From the IMG/VR virus record IMGVR_UViG_3300025163_000003: DNA of 64,000 nt; one strand, written 5' to 3'. Every line of letters starts with the position of its first letter. The first letter of the stretch is position 1. Below the pieces are notes generated by a model that did no database searches, was not told the DNA's origin, and was given only the letters and a program-made list of their open reading frames with translations. This document shows, in pieces, positions 16,427-26,523 of the stretch. Source of the stretch: a virus. A program made the position numbers and the translations under genes.

Positions 16427-17704
16427 TTATGCTATTCTCTTTAGTTTTTTCTTAGAAGTCCTGGGTATTTCATCTGCTATTTCTTTCAAGAAAGGTATCC
16501 AGTGTTTATCTATGGCTACATCCCATGTCTGTCTTCTTGCATATTGCAGTCCTCTCTTTGCATAGTATTTTCTCTTGTTAGGACTCTGATATGCTTCAGT
16601 CATAGCATCAGCAAATCCTTCAGGGTCAGGAATTGAAGACAAACCATTCAACTGAGTGTAGACATAAGTTGCAGGTTTCACCATCCAACCTGCTCTTCCA
16701 TTGTCCACTCTTTCTATCAGTGCAGAGAAACCATTTACAATAACAGGTATTCCACATGCTTGAGCTTCTAGAACTGGCAGACAGAATCCTTCACGTCTTG
16801 AGGGAAGAACAAAGACATCCATACAGTTGTAAACTTTAGCCATTGAACTCTCTGGCAGTCCTAACACTGAAGCAGTATAGACATCATTCCATATTATCCA
16901 CTTGTCAACATTCTCTTGTTTAGCAAGTTCTATCAGATTTCTTCCTCTCTCATTTGTTGGATCTGTATGTATGAAAAGTCTTGCATCTTTAACTGCATTT
17001 GGATTCTGTTCCAAGAAAATTCTGAAAGCCCTGAACAGACAGTCCCATCCCTTTCTAGGTTCATCATCATTGTTTGCAGCTACAACACCAAACAAGAAGA
17101 GATCTTTAGGAATACCAAAATGTTGTCTACATTTCAACTTGTCCATAGGTTTGAAGATATTTATGTCAACACCATGTGGGATATAAGTAGCATCTATTCC
17201 TGCTTTCTTCAACACTTGAACTCCATGTTTACTAGCTACTGCCACCCATTTATAGCTTCTAAATACAGACAACCATTTCTCTGGATAAGAATCATGATCA
17301 ACTGGAGAATAACAGATAGAATTTTCTATCAATTCTGCAAACTTTCTAGACACCCAGAAATCAGCACACCAAACAGCAACATCACAATTTAATCTCTTAT
17401 AATGGTCTCTAACAGTATAGAAACCAAGAGGATCATCAGATCTTTTCTGAACAGGCAATACAAACAGACCTTTGAAGTTGACTATTCCAGGAGTCTGAAG
17501 TCCATAGTAAGCTGAACAGATAACTGAGAATCCTCTGTTGAAAAGACCAAGAGCATTGTAATAAGTTACTTTCCCATAGCCACTACGGATATATGGAGCC
17601 ACTGAATGCCACAGAATCCTGAGATCTCTCCAGTCAACTTTCTCTTTCTTCTGTTCAGGACCTTTTAGTTCTATTTCTAGTCTCGATTCTTTCATGTATC
17701 TCAC
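16427..17704 (-). CDS. GT-B fold glycosyltransferase family 1 (GT4-like)
   Basis: Signature FVLPSRREGFCLPVLEAQACGIPVI (E-x7-E). Confidence 0.8.
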   Translation of the reverse strand: MRYMKESRLEIELKGPEQKKEKVDWRDLRILWHSVAPYIRSGYGKVTYYNALGLFNRGFSVICSAYYGLQTPGIVNFKGLFVLPVQKRSDDPLGFYTVRDHYKRLNCDVAVWCADFWVSRKFAELIENSICYSPVDHDSYPEKWLSVFRSYKWVAVASKHGVQVLKKAGIDATYIPHGVDINIFKPMDKLKCRQHFGIPKDLFLFGVVAANNDDEPRKGWDCLFRAFRIFLEQNPNAVKDARLFIHTDPTNERGRNLIELAKQENVDKWIIWNDVYTASVLGLPESSMAKVYNCMDVFVLPSRREGFCLPVLEAQACGIPVIVNGFSALIERVDNGRAGWMVKPATYVYTQLNGLSSIPDPEGFADAMTEAYQSPNKRKYYAKRGLQYARRQTWDVAIDKHWIPFLKEIADEIPRTSKKKLKRIA

Positions 17705-17954
17705 CTGATGGAATCTTTAATCCTTTATCTATCTTCTTAAGTTCATAAGATGCTATTTCAGTGACATATCCACCTTGATGCTTCATTATCCAGACTTCAA
17801 CTGGAAATTCTTGTCCTAGTTCATACTTGAAGTCAACAGTGAAGTTCTTGTGAGATTCATAACAACGTAGTGCTTCTTCTTTAGTCTTGTATATTTCTCC
17901 ACATCCCTTACATCTCCAACCTTCCACTCTTTCTATTTTGTCTCTTTCTTCCAT
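17655..17954 (-). CDS. small Zn-ribbon protein
   Basis: CKGCGEIYK...C pattern; 99 aa. Confidence 0.35.
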   Translation of the reverse strand: MEERDKIERVEGWRCKGCGEIYKTKEEALRCYESHKNFTVDFKYELGQEFPVEVWIMKHQGGYVTEIASYELKKIDKGLKIPSGEIHERIETRNRTKRS

Positions 17955-18280
17955 TCAAACAGACCTCCTTTTCTATATGTCTTGATTACTTCTATCTGAA
18001 AAGATTCAAGACTTATTTCACCTTTGTCCACACTAAATGTTACTCTGTTTGTCTTTCCTTCAACTATTGTTCCACAGAATGGACAGAAAAGAGTTATGTC
18101 TGAACCCATGTCATATATTCTAGCATGTTTCAATTCCATGAAAGCTTTACAGTTGGGACAACAAGGAAGAACAGGCTGTCCCAACACTGCTTTCAATATT
18201 GACTCTTTGTCTGAAGGAAACAATTCTTTGGGAATGTCAATTATTCCTACAAACTTGAAGTTGAAGAATTCAGAGGACAT
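17933..18280 (-). CDS. small Zn-ribbon protein
   Basis: CCPNCKAF...CPFCG four-Cys pattern; 115 aa. Confidence 0.4.
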   Translation of the reverse strand: MSSEFFNFKFVGIIDIPKELFPSDKESILKAVLGQPVLPCCPNCKAFMELKHARIYDMGSDITLFCPFCGTIVEGKTNRVTFSVDKGEISLESFQIEVIKTYRKGGLFEWKKETK

Positions 18281-19310
18281 TTTCCAACTCCTTCACAGCT
18301 TTATCCCATGTCCAACGTTTAGCATTTTCAATTGCTTTTCTCTTTGTCTTTTTGTATGCTTGTTCTACTTCCATCAAGAATCTCATCTTTCTATACAAGT
18401 CTGGTACAGATATCAGACCAATTCTTCCAACATTTGTTTCCAGGAATTCATTGACTTTGACATACAATGCTCCATTGCCAAGTACTTCTCTACTTGCTCC
18501 ATGTTCAGAAGCAATTACTGGTACACCACATGCTTGAGCTTCCAATGCTGGTAGACCAAATGATTCTGTGCCAGGAGAAATGTACACATCCAAAGTTCTC
18601 AAGAAGTCTCTCACTCCTTCTCTAGATAGTGGAATACCATGTAACTTTTGTTCAATGAACACTGGAGAAATCTTAAGTCTTCTTGACAGTTCCAGTAGGT
18701 CATAATGTCCTTCTGCTGATGCAGCTATTGCTAGTATTCCTTTTCCTAGTCTCTTGTAAGCATAAAATACTCTAGGCAATTGCTTTCTAATGTCATTTAG
18801 ACCAATATATCCAAATCTGAATTCTCTCCACATTTCTTGTGTAGGAGTAAAGAAAGAAGTGTCAACTCCATGTGGCACTACTTCTGCTTTAATCCCTGCC
18901 TTCCTCAGAATTCTAGCAGAATACTTGGAAGGTGTAATCACTTTGTCAAATTTCTTTATCAGTTCTTGATAGTGAAGTGGAACATCTTCACCTTCATATG
19001 GCAAATACAAAATCTTCTCCATCCTGAAGTTCTTTATCTTGTCTCCTATTTTCTCTAGGAAGTAACAAGAATGGAACATAATTAATCTGTCAGCATCAGC
19101 TAATTTCTTGGCATAGTAATCCAATTGATAATTCTTCTTGAGTGGATAAACAGAGACATGTTCATTTAAAGTGATAGGCAGTCCTTCATAACCAAGTGAG
19201 AGACAGAAGAATTTGTGTTGCATTCTCATTGTCATTTCATAAGTCACAGTACCAAAAGAAGTACCCAGTAAAGGATAATCTGACAACCAGATAATCTTCA
19301 ACTCTTCCAC
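18270..19310 (-). CDS. GT-B fold glycosyltransferase family 1
   Basis: Signature SFGLPALEAQACGVPVIASEHG. Confidence 0.8.
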   Translation of the reverse strand: MEELKIIWLSDYPLLGTSFGTVTYEMTMRMQHKFFCLSLGYEGLPITLNEHVSVYPLKKNYQLDYYAKKLADADRLIMFHSCYFLEKIGDKIKNFRMEKILYLPYEGEDVPLHYQELIKKFDKVITPSKYSARILRKAGIKAEVVPHGVDTSFFTPTQEMWREFRFGYIGLNDIRKQLPRVFYAYKRLGKGILAIAASAEGHYDLLELSRRLKISPVFIEQKLHGIPLSREGVRDFLRTLDVYISPGTESFGLPALEAQACGVPVIASEHGASREVLGNGALYVKVNEFLETNVGRIGLISVPDLYRKMRFLMEVEQAYKKTKRKAIENAKRWTWDKAVKELENVL

Positions 19311-19753
19311 CTCTTGATTATCTTACAAAGTTTTCCTGTCTTCAAGTTGAGAGTTCCTGGAAGTATAAACTTAGCCATTTCATCCTTCACTATTTTCACT
19401 TTATATGGCAATGTGAACTTCTTAAGTTCTTCAATAGAACCCAGGAAGAGTTCAAGGAACAAGACATAGTCTTTACCGTCAAACACTAAAGTTGATCTCA
19501 CTTTCTTCTTGTGATATTCTTCAGCAATTTGTTCTAAGATTTCCTTCTTTCCTTTCAACATCACTACATCAATTATAGCTGTTCCTGGAACAGGCTTTCC
19601 ATTGTACCATGTTGTGAAAGAATAGAGTCCTATCTCACAAGACTTGTTGTTTTGAATAGCTTCTTTCACTCTCATCTTCAACTCTTCTATACTCAGTATA
19701 ATTCTATTCTCTTTGAATCCTACTCTAGGAAATCTTTTGAGCATCTTTCTCAC
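19298..19753 (-). CDS. hypothetical protein
   Basis: 151-aa ORF translationally coupled between PolB and the GT1 gene. Confidence 0.35.
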   Translation of the reverse strand: MRKMLKRFPRVGFKENRIILSIEELKMRVKEAIQNNKSCEIGLYSFTTWYNGKPVPGTAIIDVVMLKGKKEILEQIAEEYHKKKVRSTLVFDGKDYVLFLELFLGSIEELKKFTLPYKVKIVKDEMAKFILPGTLNLKTGKLCKIIKRWKS

Positions 19754-22274
19754 CTAGAAAGATGTCAAGTGTGACACTTTTCTTCTTTCGTCTTCTCTTC
19801 CTCTTTATCTTCAACTCTTCTTTCAAGTTCAGTGAATCCCAAGTGATACCTAGTGACTCCAACAGCTTCTCTATTTTAGGTCGTACTGTCTTCTCAAGCA
19901 TTTTTGGATAGTCTATTTTTATCCATTCAGGAAGAGTAATTGTATTGTCAAAAGCTATTACGTCAATTTCCTCCAATACAGTTGGAGGTTTATTTTCAGT
20001 ATAGACATAAGCTCTTAGTGGTTTAGAACCATAGTCATAGTTTGTTCCTAGATATCTATTGGCAAGTTCTGCTGCTTTCTTCTGTATTGAATTGACAGCA
20101 TATGCTTTTAATGGTTTGGACACTGCTGATGGAACACCTATTACTTCTTTAGGCAATGTGTCATACTTGTTTAACTCCTGTTCAACTTCTTTCTTGATCT
20201 CTTCTGCACTCTTGCCACTCATCATCATATCAAGCACTTTCTCTTGAAGTTGTTTTGCAAATGCTGATGCATCTGACCTTTTAATTTCTAGTCCTTTAGT
20301 TTCTTTAGTCAGTGAACCATCTTCATGGACAATATATCCAAAGTATCTTTTCTTGGTGATGAAGAAGATTCTTCTGTAGATTTTCTCAAGTTTGATTCTT
20401 ATGATCTGTTCTCCTTCATAGCCAAATTCTTTAAGTTTCTCTGGTAGTCCTCTGTTGATCTCTTCTTCCACCATAGTACCAATTTTCTTTGCTTCTTCAA
20501 AACTACTAGCATTAGTTGCAATGAATATGCTGTCAGTGTCACCATAAAGAGCTTCATAACCTAATGACTTAGCAACTTCTTCTGCAAAATGAAGCATTAT
20601 CTTACCCATCACTGTAACAGCTTGAGCACACTCTCTTGAAGCTTGTCTTGATCTGTAAGCTAGTCCTCCATAGACTGCATTAGCCAATGTCTTGTAGACA
20701 TTCTGTTTGACATCATACACTTTAGCTTTCTCAGGTTCTTTCTTCATGAGTTCCTTGTATTTCATTCTCAACTTAATGAAGTCATCTAGAATAGTAGGGA
20801 ACAGTCCTCTTGGTTCTTTCCTGAATCTGAACACTTCTCCTGTCTCAGGATCAGTGAACTTGTAACAGTCTTCACTTTCTATTGGCAACCAAGAGAACTG
20901 GTCAATGTTAAATGTCCTAATGATGGAAGGATAAAGTGAAGCATAGTCCAATTGTACTACCCATTCATGCATTCCTTTCTTGGGTGGAAAGACATATGCT
21001 CCTCTAAAGTCCTTCACTTTCTCATGTTTAGAAGGCAGTGGATCTTTACTTCTTCTCAGACATTCTACATCTATCATTCGTTGAGTAGAGAATGCATCTT
21101 CAAGACGTACACCTACTACTTTTCTCAGTTCATCCAAGAAGGAAATCAATTCATTTTCTTTGTCTAGATCAACACACAACTCAACATCTCTTTTGTTGTA
21201 TTCCAATACTAGACTTGGATTTGTCTTCCAGAGATAAACTATGTTGGTAGAAACAGGCTTTCCTTTCCAAGTCAACTTTGTCTTTCCAGACTTCAAGAAA
21301 ACTTTGGAGATATATTCAAGACTGTAAGACTCCAACTGTTTTCGTGATATCATTCGGATCAAGTCTAACAAGTCAATTATGTTTCTTCCAGGAATCTTAA
21401 TTGTCTTCTTGGAAAGATCAACTCCTCTTATTCTATACTTCTTTGTTCTTGGTCTACCAACACCATATCCTTTGTCTGATAAACTTGACAGTTTGTCAAA
21501 CTCTTTAAGGACACCTCTTCTCTTAGCCTCATATCTCATACACAACAAGTCAAAGTCAATGTTATATCCAGTTAGAACGTCAGGGTCTCTGTCAACAATA
21601 TAGTTAACAAATCGTCTCAACATTTCTCCTACAGTTGAACATCTTATTAACACCCAGTCCTTCTGTGACTTTATTGGCACTGGATTCTTTCTAACATACC
21701 AAGTATAATAGACTCTTTCATAACTGTCAAAGGCAGAGATACAGATTATCTTGTCATTCTTCCTAAGTTTCCCTTCATGAACAGGTTTGTCACTTAAGAC
21801 TTCTATGTCCAAGTAGACAATTCTGAGAGGAATCTGTAAGTCTTCATCTATTGGCTGTAAACCTTTAGGTGTTATCTCTACACTGCTTCTTATTTTAGAG
21901 TCTATCAGAAATCTTAGTACAAATGGAACATCTGCTTCAAAAGTTCTATCTTCTCCATAGTAGTTGTACAGAATCTGTCTTAGTTGTCTGACTTGATCAG
22001 GGGTATAAGTCCACACTTTCCACAGTACACCCACATTGTCAAAAGAAACAAGTTCTTTCTTTGCTATTATGTCAAAAACAAGATGGAAGTTCTTAGGTAC
22101 AAAGAAGTATGGTTTAAAGTTGGAAATCTTACATCTTTTTCTCTTCAGGTCTTCTGTTCTAACCCATAAGTAGATGACTGGATGATACTTCCTAGGATGT
22201 CCTTCACTCAGTCTTCTATCTTTAACTTCTTTCTTGTATTCTATTGCTGTCCATATTCCTTTCATTTTACACAA
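19725..22274 (-). CDS. polB: family B DNA polymerase with 3'-5' proofreading exonuclease
   Basis: Exo I VYLDIEV, Exo II YNIDFDLLCM, Exo III YNKRDVELCVDL. Pol motif A DYASLYPSII, motif B KTLANAVYGG, motif C LYGDTDSIFI. Confidence 0.95.
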   Translation of the reverse strand: MCKMKGIWTAIEYKKEVKDRRLSEGHPRKYHPVIYLWVRTEDLKRKRCKISNFKPYFFVPKNFHLVFDIIAKKELVSFDNVGVLWKVWTYTPDQVRQLRQILYNYYGEDRTFEADVPFVLRFLIDSKIRSSVEITPKGLQPIDEDLQIPLRIVYLDIEVLSDKPVHEGKLRKNDKIICISAFDSYERVYYTWYVRKNPVPIKSQKDWVLIRCSTVGEMLRRFVNYIVDRDPDVLTGYNIDFDLLCMRYEAKRRGVLKEFDKLSSLSDKGYGVGRPRTKKYRIRGVDLSKKTIKIPGRNIIDLLDLIRMISRKQLESYSLEYISKVFLKSGKTKLTWKGKPVSTNIVYLWKTNPSLVLEYNKRDVELCVDLDKENELISFLDELRKVVGVRLEDAFSTQRMIDVECLRRSKDPLPSKHEKVKDFRGAYVFPPKKGMHEWVVQLDYASLYPSIIRTFNIDQFSWLPIESEDCYKFTDPETGEVFRFRKEPRGLFPTILDDFIKLRMKYKELMKKEPEKAKVYDVKQNVYKTLANAVYGGLAYRSRQASRECAQAVTVMGKIMLHFAEEVAKSLGYEALYGDTDSIFIATNASSFEEAKKIGTMVEEEINRGLPEKLKEFGYEGEQIIRIKLEKIYRRIFFITKKRYFGYIVHEDGSLTKETKGLEIKRSDASAFAKQLQEKVLDMMMSGKSAEEIKKEVEQELNKYDTLPKEVIGVPSAVSKPLKAYAVNSIQKKAAELANRYLGTNYDYGSKPLRAYVYTENKPPTVLEEIDVIAFDNTITLPEWIKIDYPKMLEKTVRPKIEKLLESLGITWDSLNLKEELKIKRKRRRKKKSVTLDIFLGEKDAQKIS

Positions 22275-22557
22275 ACTCCAGTCTTTTCAATTCAGGTTCT
22301 TTCTTGGAAGGATTAATCCATATCAACAACAAAACAACTCTTAGTCGTAACAGTGCACCATAAAAGCCACATGGACAAGTAACTTCCACCGCGTTTACAG
22401 TGGGAGGAAGAATCGTTTTATGTTCTTTACCACAAAAGGGACATTCCCAAGAAATTCCTTTAGCACTTGGAGTTACTGTCCTTGGTGTCCTTATTGTTGG
22501 TATTTGATGACGTGCTCTTGTTCTCAAACTCGGAAAGCGTCTTATCTTTGACACCAT
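22267..22557 (-). CDS. small Zn-ribbon protein (start uncertain; overlaps the XPF 3' end)
   Basis: CPFCGKEHK...CPCG; basic N-terminus. The predicted start overlaps the last ~30 codons of 22460..23269. Confidence 0.3.
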   Translation of the reverse strand: MVSKIRRFPSLRTRARHQIPTIRTPRTVTPSAKGISWECPFCGKEHKTILPPTVNAVEVTCPCGFYGALLRLRVVLLLIWINPSKKEPELKRLEFV

Positions 22558-23269
22558 AAATCACCTTCTTCATCAAGTTCAGTCTTTTTCTTCCAATTCT
22601 AGGACACAGTTTCTTCCACTCTTCAGGAGTCATGTTACAGAATTCTTGGAAGGAAGAAATACGTGAAGCTATTTCATCAGCCATTTTTCTTCCAATGCTG
22701 GGTATCATACACAACATATCAGACCATATTTCTCTCAAGTTAGTTGCTTTCTTCTTTGGTATTGGTTTTATACTTGCTGCTTTCTTGTCTGATGCAAAGT
22801 AGAGAAAACTTAAGAATTCTACAAAGTCTCTATAGTTCCTTCCTGAACCAGGAATGATGATAATAGATATTCCCATGAGAGCTATTCTAGCTAGTGCACC
22901 AAACACTATTCTAGCTCTTCTAGCATCAAGTAAGAAGGCATCATTCCAACGTTCAATAACTAAGAAAGGTCTTTCACATGCTCTTCTCAGATTAAAGACT
23001 TGATTCCATATTCTCTTGTTACCTGACACTATAGAGTTGTAGAAATCATTCAAAGTTTTCCTTTCAATTATAATGTTGGAGAAAGCATAGTCACCTACTG
23101 GAAGAGGTACTCTTTCAACAAATATTCCCTTCTCTTGTCTCAATGTCTCTACAATAGCTTCAGGTTCATGTACATCAACTAGCATCTTTTGTAGACCAGA
23201 ACTAGTAGAAGAAAGAGAGGAATTTATCTTGACTTTCTTTGTCTTAAAGAAATCGTTTACCTCTATCAA
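22460..23269 (-). CDS. short archaeal-type XPF/Mus81-family ERCC4 nuclease with C-terminal (HhH)2
   Basis: ERCC4 motifs VGDYAFS and IERKTLNDFYNSI; HhH region MIPSIGRKMADEIASR...LCPRIGRKRLNLMKKVIYG; no helicase domain. Confidence 0.8.
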   Translation of the reverse strand: MIEVNDFFKTKKVKINSSLSSTSSGLQKMLVDVHEPEAIVETLRQEKGIFVERVPLPVGDYAFSNIIIERKTLNDFYNSIVSGNKRIWNQVFNLRRACERPFLVIERWNDAFLLDARRARIVFGALARIALMGISIIIIPGSGRNYRDFVEFLSFLYFASDKKAASIKPIPKKKATNLREIWSDMLCMIPSIGRKMADEIASRISSFQEFCNMTPEEWKKLCPRIGRKRLNLMKKVIYGVKDKTLSEFENKSTSSNTNNKDTKDSNSKC

Positions 23270-23423
23270 GTTTCCACCCTGCTCTTCTCAATACTTTCTG
23301 TTCCATCTTCAGTATCTTTCTCATTGCCATATCAAGACAACTGGCATTTATTGCTCCATAGACTGTTATGACTTCTTTCTTGTTCTTCTTTCTAGCTCTG
23401 ATAGTGAAATAAAAGAGAGGCAT
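23244..23423 (-). CDS. unlisted 59-aa basic ORF in a 297-bp gap
   Basis: MPLFYFTIRARKKNKKEVITVYGAINASCLDMAMRKILKMEQKVLRRAGWKLDRGKRFL. It fills the largest minus-strand gap and overlaps the XPF start by 26 nt. Confidence 0.25.
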   Translation of the reverse strand: MPLFYFTIRARKKNKKEVITVYGAINASCLDMAMRKILKMEQKVLRRAGWKLDRGKRFL

Positions 23424-23566
23424 TTACTTCTCCTCTCTGAGACGACAGATCTTGCACCATTCCACTAGTGATTCTGGCTTCAGTTTCCACTCTGTCCTGA
23501 TGGGGCATTTCTTTCTCTTGTCCCATACACAAGGGTATGACTTCTTTTCTGTCATAGGATACCTCC

Positions 23567-24493
23567 TCAAGCTGGTTGTGCTTTGTTCTTTGGTAGATCT
23601 ACATATCCTGTGTCTTTAGCTAACATCACTGTTACTATCTTTTCATCCTTTCCTGGCATTCTGTAACGTTGTATTCTTCTGAGTCTATGTCCATCTGGAC
23701 CAAATGCTTTTACTTGATCTTTCAATGCCTTGTACAGACCAAACTGATATTTGACATAGTAAGTTACATTCTGTCCTCCCCAAGGATCACCTACTCCTAG
23801 ATGATATCCTGGATTCATTGGATTTCTAGTGACATGATTAGTGATCAATATAGATACATCATGTCCTCTTGCAAAAGTGTACATAGCACCTAGAAGTATT
23901 TGCAACAGTGAAGTTCTAGCTGGTAGGTTCTGAGTAGTAGAGGGTATAACTGACTTTATTGGAACAGTTATAGAGTCAATGACCACCATGCCATATTCTC
24001 CAGAAGAAAGTTTCTGCCATATTGGTGATCTTTCTTTCCAGTCTTCTCTTTGTACAGAAGTACTTGGTAGTTTACCCTTTGTCTTTGCTATCTTGGTCTG
24101 TCTTTCTGTTGGAAACTTAGCAACTACAGATACTCTCTTGTCTTCTTGTAGTATTTCAAACTGTACACCAAACAGTCTTCCTAGAGTAAAGATGTCTGGC
24201 ACTATCTCAAGTTCAATTTTAGGTTTGTCTGGTAGATCAGGCCAACGTTTCTTGAAGTAACCATAGAACATGTCAAAAGTGTTCCCTACGAAGAAAGATT
24301 CTGTGTCTAAGTAGAGGACTTTCTTTCCTAGTCCTCCATATTTTGGATCTCTAGTGCACATACATGCCAGTTGGAAACACAGCCATGTCTTACCCAAGTT
24401 AGGCATTCCAAATATCAGTAGAGGAACACCTGTTGGTACTCCTCCACACAATAAATCATCAAGTGTTTGACATCCTGTCTTTATGAATGCCAT
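23567..24493 (-). CDS. RecA-superfamily ATPase (RadB/KaiC-like)
   Basis: N-terminal LDDLLCGGVPTGVPLLIFGMPNLGKT (Walker A) and Walker B-like VLYLDTES. Confidence 0.6.
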   Translation of the reverse strand: MAFIKTGCQTLDDLLCGGVPTGVPLLIFGMPNLGKTWLCFQLACMCTRDPKYGGLGKKVLYLDTESFFVGNTFDMFYGYFKKRWPDLPDKPKIELEIVPDIFTLGRLFGVQFEILQEDKRVSVVAKFPTERQTKIAKTKGKLPSTSVQREDWKERSPIWQKLSSGEYGMVVIDSITVPIKSVIPSTTQNLPARTSLLQILLGAMYTFARGHDVSILITNHVTRNPMNPGYHLGVGDPWGGQNVTYYVKYQFGLYKALKDQVKAFGPDGHRLRRIQRYRMPGKDEKIVTVMLAKDTGYVDLPKNKAQPA

Positions 24494-24494
24494 C

Positions 24495-25337
24495 CTACAT
24501 TCCCTCCTCTTCCAGATATTCTGGTGCTTTCTTTCTAATGAACTTCAAGAACTCATACTTCCAAGTTGACTTCTTCTTGGATGCTAGGAATATGAACTTC
24601 TCTAGAATGTCTTTTGGTATTGGCACTGGTGATATCCATCTCAAGTCTCTAAGTTTCTCTTTAATCTGCTCTATTGCACTTTCTCTTTCTTCTTCACTAT
24701 AAGTGGACAGTTCTGCTTCAGCAAGTCGTCTCTCTTCAATTGTTAGACCAGCTAAAGGATCAACCACTTTACCATCTTCTTTCACTTCAGGAACAAAAGT
24801 CACTGTCTTAGTCTCTAGTGTTGCTTGTTTAGTTTCCTTTTTCTCTTCAGTGTCTAGTTTAGCAGGTGGAGTAGATCCAAGTCTACTTTCAAAGTAGTGT
24901 CTTGTACTAGTTGATATTCCAAGTTTAGCTTCTATCTCTCTGTATGACAGACCTGCTTCTCTCAGTTTCTTTATAGCAGCACCAAAGTCTCTGTCTACTA
25001 TTGGAAACTTCTGTAAGTCTTCCAGACAAGAGACAATTATTGCTTCAATGTCATCATAGTCAACTACTACACATGGAATTTCCATCTTCAGTCCTTTTTC
25101 TTGTGCTAGTTTTATTGCAGCTAACCATCGTCTTTGTCCAAGTATAATTTCATATTTCCCATCTGGTCTCTCTCTGACTATTAGAGGAACAGCTATTCCA
25201 CCAAAATTGTCTATTGTGCTCTTCAATACATCCAATTGTACTTCAATGTTGGACTTTCTGATGTTCAATGGAGAGACAATTAGTTGGTCAGGAGAAAGAG
25301 TGAGGAACTTCCATTTCCTAGGATCCAACTTCTTCAC
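24495..25337 (-). CDS. ParB-like nuclease-domain protein
   Basis: ParB N-terminal domain motif LIVRERPDGKYEIILGQRRWLAAIK. Confidence 0.65.
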   Translation of the reverse strand: MKKLDPRKWKFLTLSPDQLIVSPLNIRKSNIEVQLDVLKSTIDNFGGIAVPLIVRERPDGKYEIILGQRRWLAAIKLAQEKGLKMEIPCVVVDYDDIEAIIVSCLEDLQKFPIVDRDFGAAIKKLREAGLSYREIEAKLGISTSTRHYFESRLGSTPPAKLDTEEKKETKQATLETKTVTFVPEVKEDGKVVDPLAGLTIEERRLAEAELSTYSEEERESAIEQIKEKLRDLRWISPVPIPKDILEKFIFLASKKKSTWKYEFLKFIRKKAPEYLEEEGM

Positions 25338-25338
25338 C

Positions 25339-26397
25339 TCACTCTTCCCATTCTACTATGAACTCTTCAGCTTCTTCTGCTTCTGCAGGTCTAGCTTCTT
25401 CTACTTCTCCTTCAGGTTGGATTATTGGATACACTGAATATCCTTCTATTGAGAATCTAGGTTCATCTTCCTCTGTTCTAGTCCATATTCTAGGTCTACC
25501 AAACACTAACACTCTAGAGTATTCTCTGAATCCAAGTGGAAAGTCTTGTGGCAGGAATACTCTGATAGGCCAAGTGTAGTCACTTTCAGAGTCTGTCAAT
25601 AGAATACTTCTTGAACCTGTCTTTGGATTAATGTTGGTATCTATTAAGTCCACATCTCCTTCAATCATTATCCATGGATCAGTTGCATTCTGACAAGACT
25701 GAACAGCTTCTTCCAATTTGTCAAAGGAATAGAATCTATCTGCTAGAGCTGTTCTCATCCACTGTTCAATGTCTATTTCTTCATCCACTACTGTGAATTT
25801 AGTGTGTCTTGAAGGTGTCAATTCAAAGTATGGTGTTTCCTGCTGTACAAGTGCCAGAAATCTTACTGGTACAAATGGCTTGTATCTGAACTTCTCTGCA
25901 GCTGCTCTCCACAGTTTCATTCTAAAGAGTCTAGGTTTAGGATCATTCTCTCTTTTTGCTATTCCAAAGACACTTCTAGTGAACAAATGTCCTGTCAATG
26001 GTTTATGATAGTTTGGATTAGGAACTTCTTCTCCTCTTCTGTTCTTTATTGTTGGTCTATCATCCAATGGCACTCCATTCTCATCCACTAGTCCTAGTAG
26101 TTTAGCTTCTTCTGGATCTTCTGCCCACTTGTTAAGTGCTCGTCTTTTCTTGAGTTCTATCAAGTCTACTAGTCTGTCACATCCAAGGATAAAACCAAAG
26201 AAATATTCTGGTTTTCTTCCTCCACCTCCAGTCAATAATCTTCTAAGTTTTCTTGCAAGTTGAATTCTGACAATTCTCTCATCAGTGATTCCTGACTTAG
26301 CTGCTAGTTCTTTTTGTTTCTTCCATAGTTCTCTCATTTCCTTCATTGATTTTCCTGTTTTCTTAGCCCATTTCTTCAAAAATTGTTCCAATTCCAT
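25339..26397 (-). CDS. hypothetical protein with acidic C-terminal tail (possible ssDNA-binding protein)
   Basis: 352 aa ending EGEVEEARPAEAEEAEEFIVEWEE. Position within the replication module; no diagnostic motif. Confidence 0.3.
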   Translation of the reverse strand: MELEQFLKKWAKKTGKSMKEMRELWKKQKELAAKSGITDERIVRIQLARKLRRLLTGGGGRKPEYFFGFILGCDRLVDLIELKKRRALNKWAEDPEEAKLLGLVDENGVPLDDRPTIKNRRGEEVPNPNYHKPLTGHLFTRSVFGIAKRENDPKPRLFRMKLWRAAAEKFRYKPFVPVRFLALVQQETPYFELTPSRHTKFTVVDEEIDIEQWMRTALADRFYSFDKLEEAVQSCQNATDPWIMIEGDVDLIDTNINPKTGSRSILLTDSESDYTWPIRVFLPQDFPLGFREYSRVLVFGRPRIWTRTEEDEPRFSIEGYSVYPIIQPEGEVEEARPAEAEEAEEFIVEWEE

Positions 26398-26440
26398 TCT
26401 TCCTATTCCCTCCTTTTACTTTTAAACATGATTTCTCTTC

Positions 26441-26450
26441 TTATAAATAT
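26441..26450 (-). promoter_or_regulatory. TATA-like element upstream of 25339..26397
   Basis: TTATAAATAT (reads ATATTTATAA on the minus strand), about 45-55 nt upstream of the ATG at 26395-26397. Archaeal TTTAWA-type box. Confidence 0.3.
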
Positions 26451-26461
26451 TTAGCTTGTAG

Positions 26462-26523
26462 GGATAGAGGATAGAAAGAGAAGATTTGGTACTTGGGAGA
26501 AACAGCAATTCTATCCTCCATCC
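26462..26523. repeat. 15-nt near-perfect inverted repeat (14/15) with 32-nt spacer, containing direct GGATAGA repeats
   Basis: GGATAGAGGATAGAA at 26462-26476 versus the reverse complement of TTCTATCCTCCATCC at 26509-26523 (GGATGGAGGATAGAA). Lies in the 133-bp intergenic region between two minus-strand genes. Confidence 0.5.
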
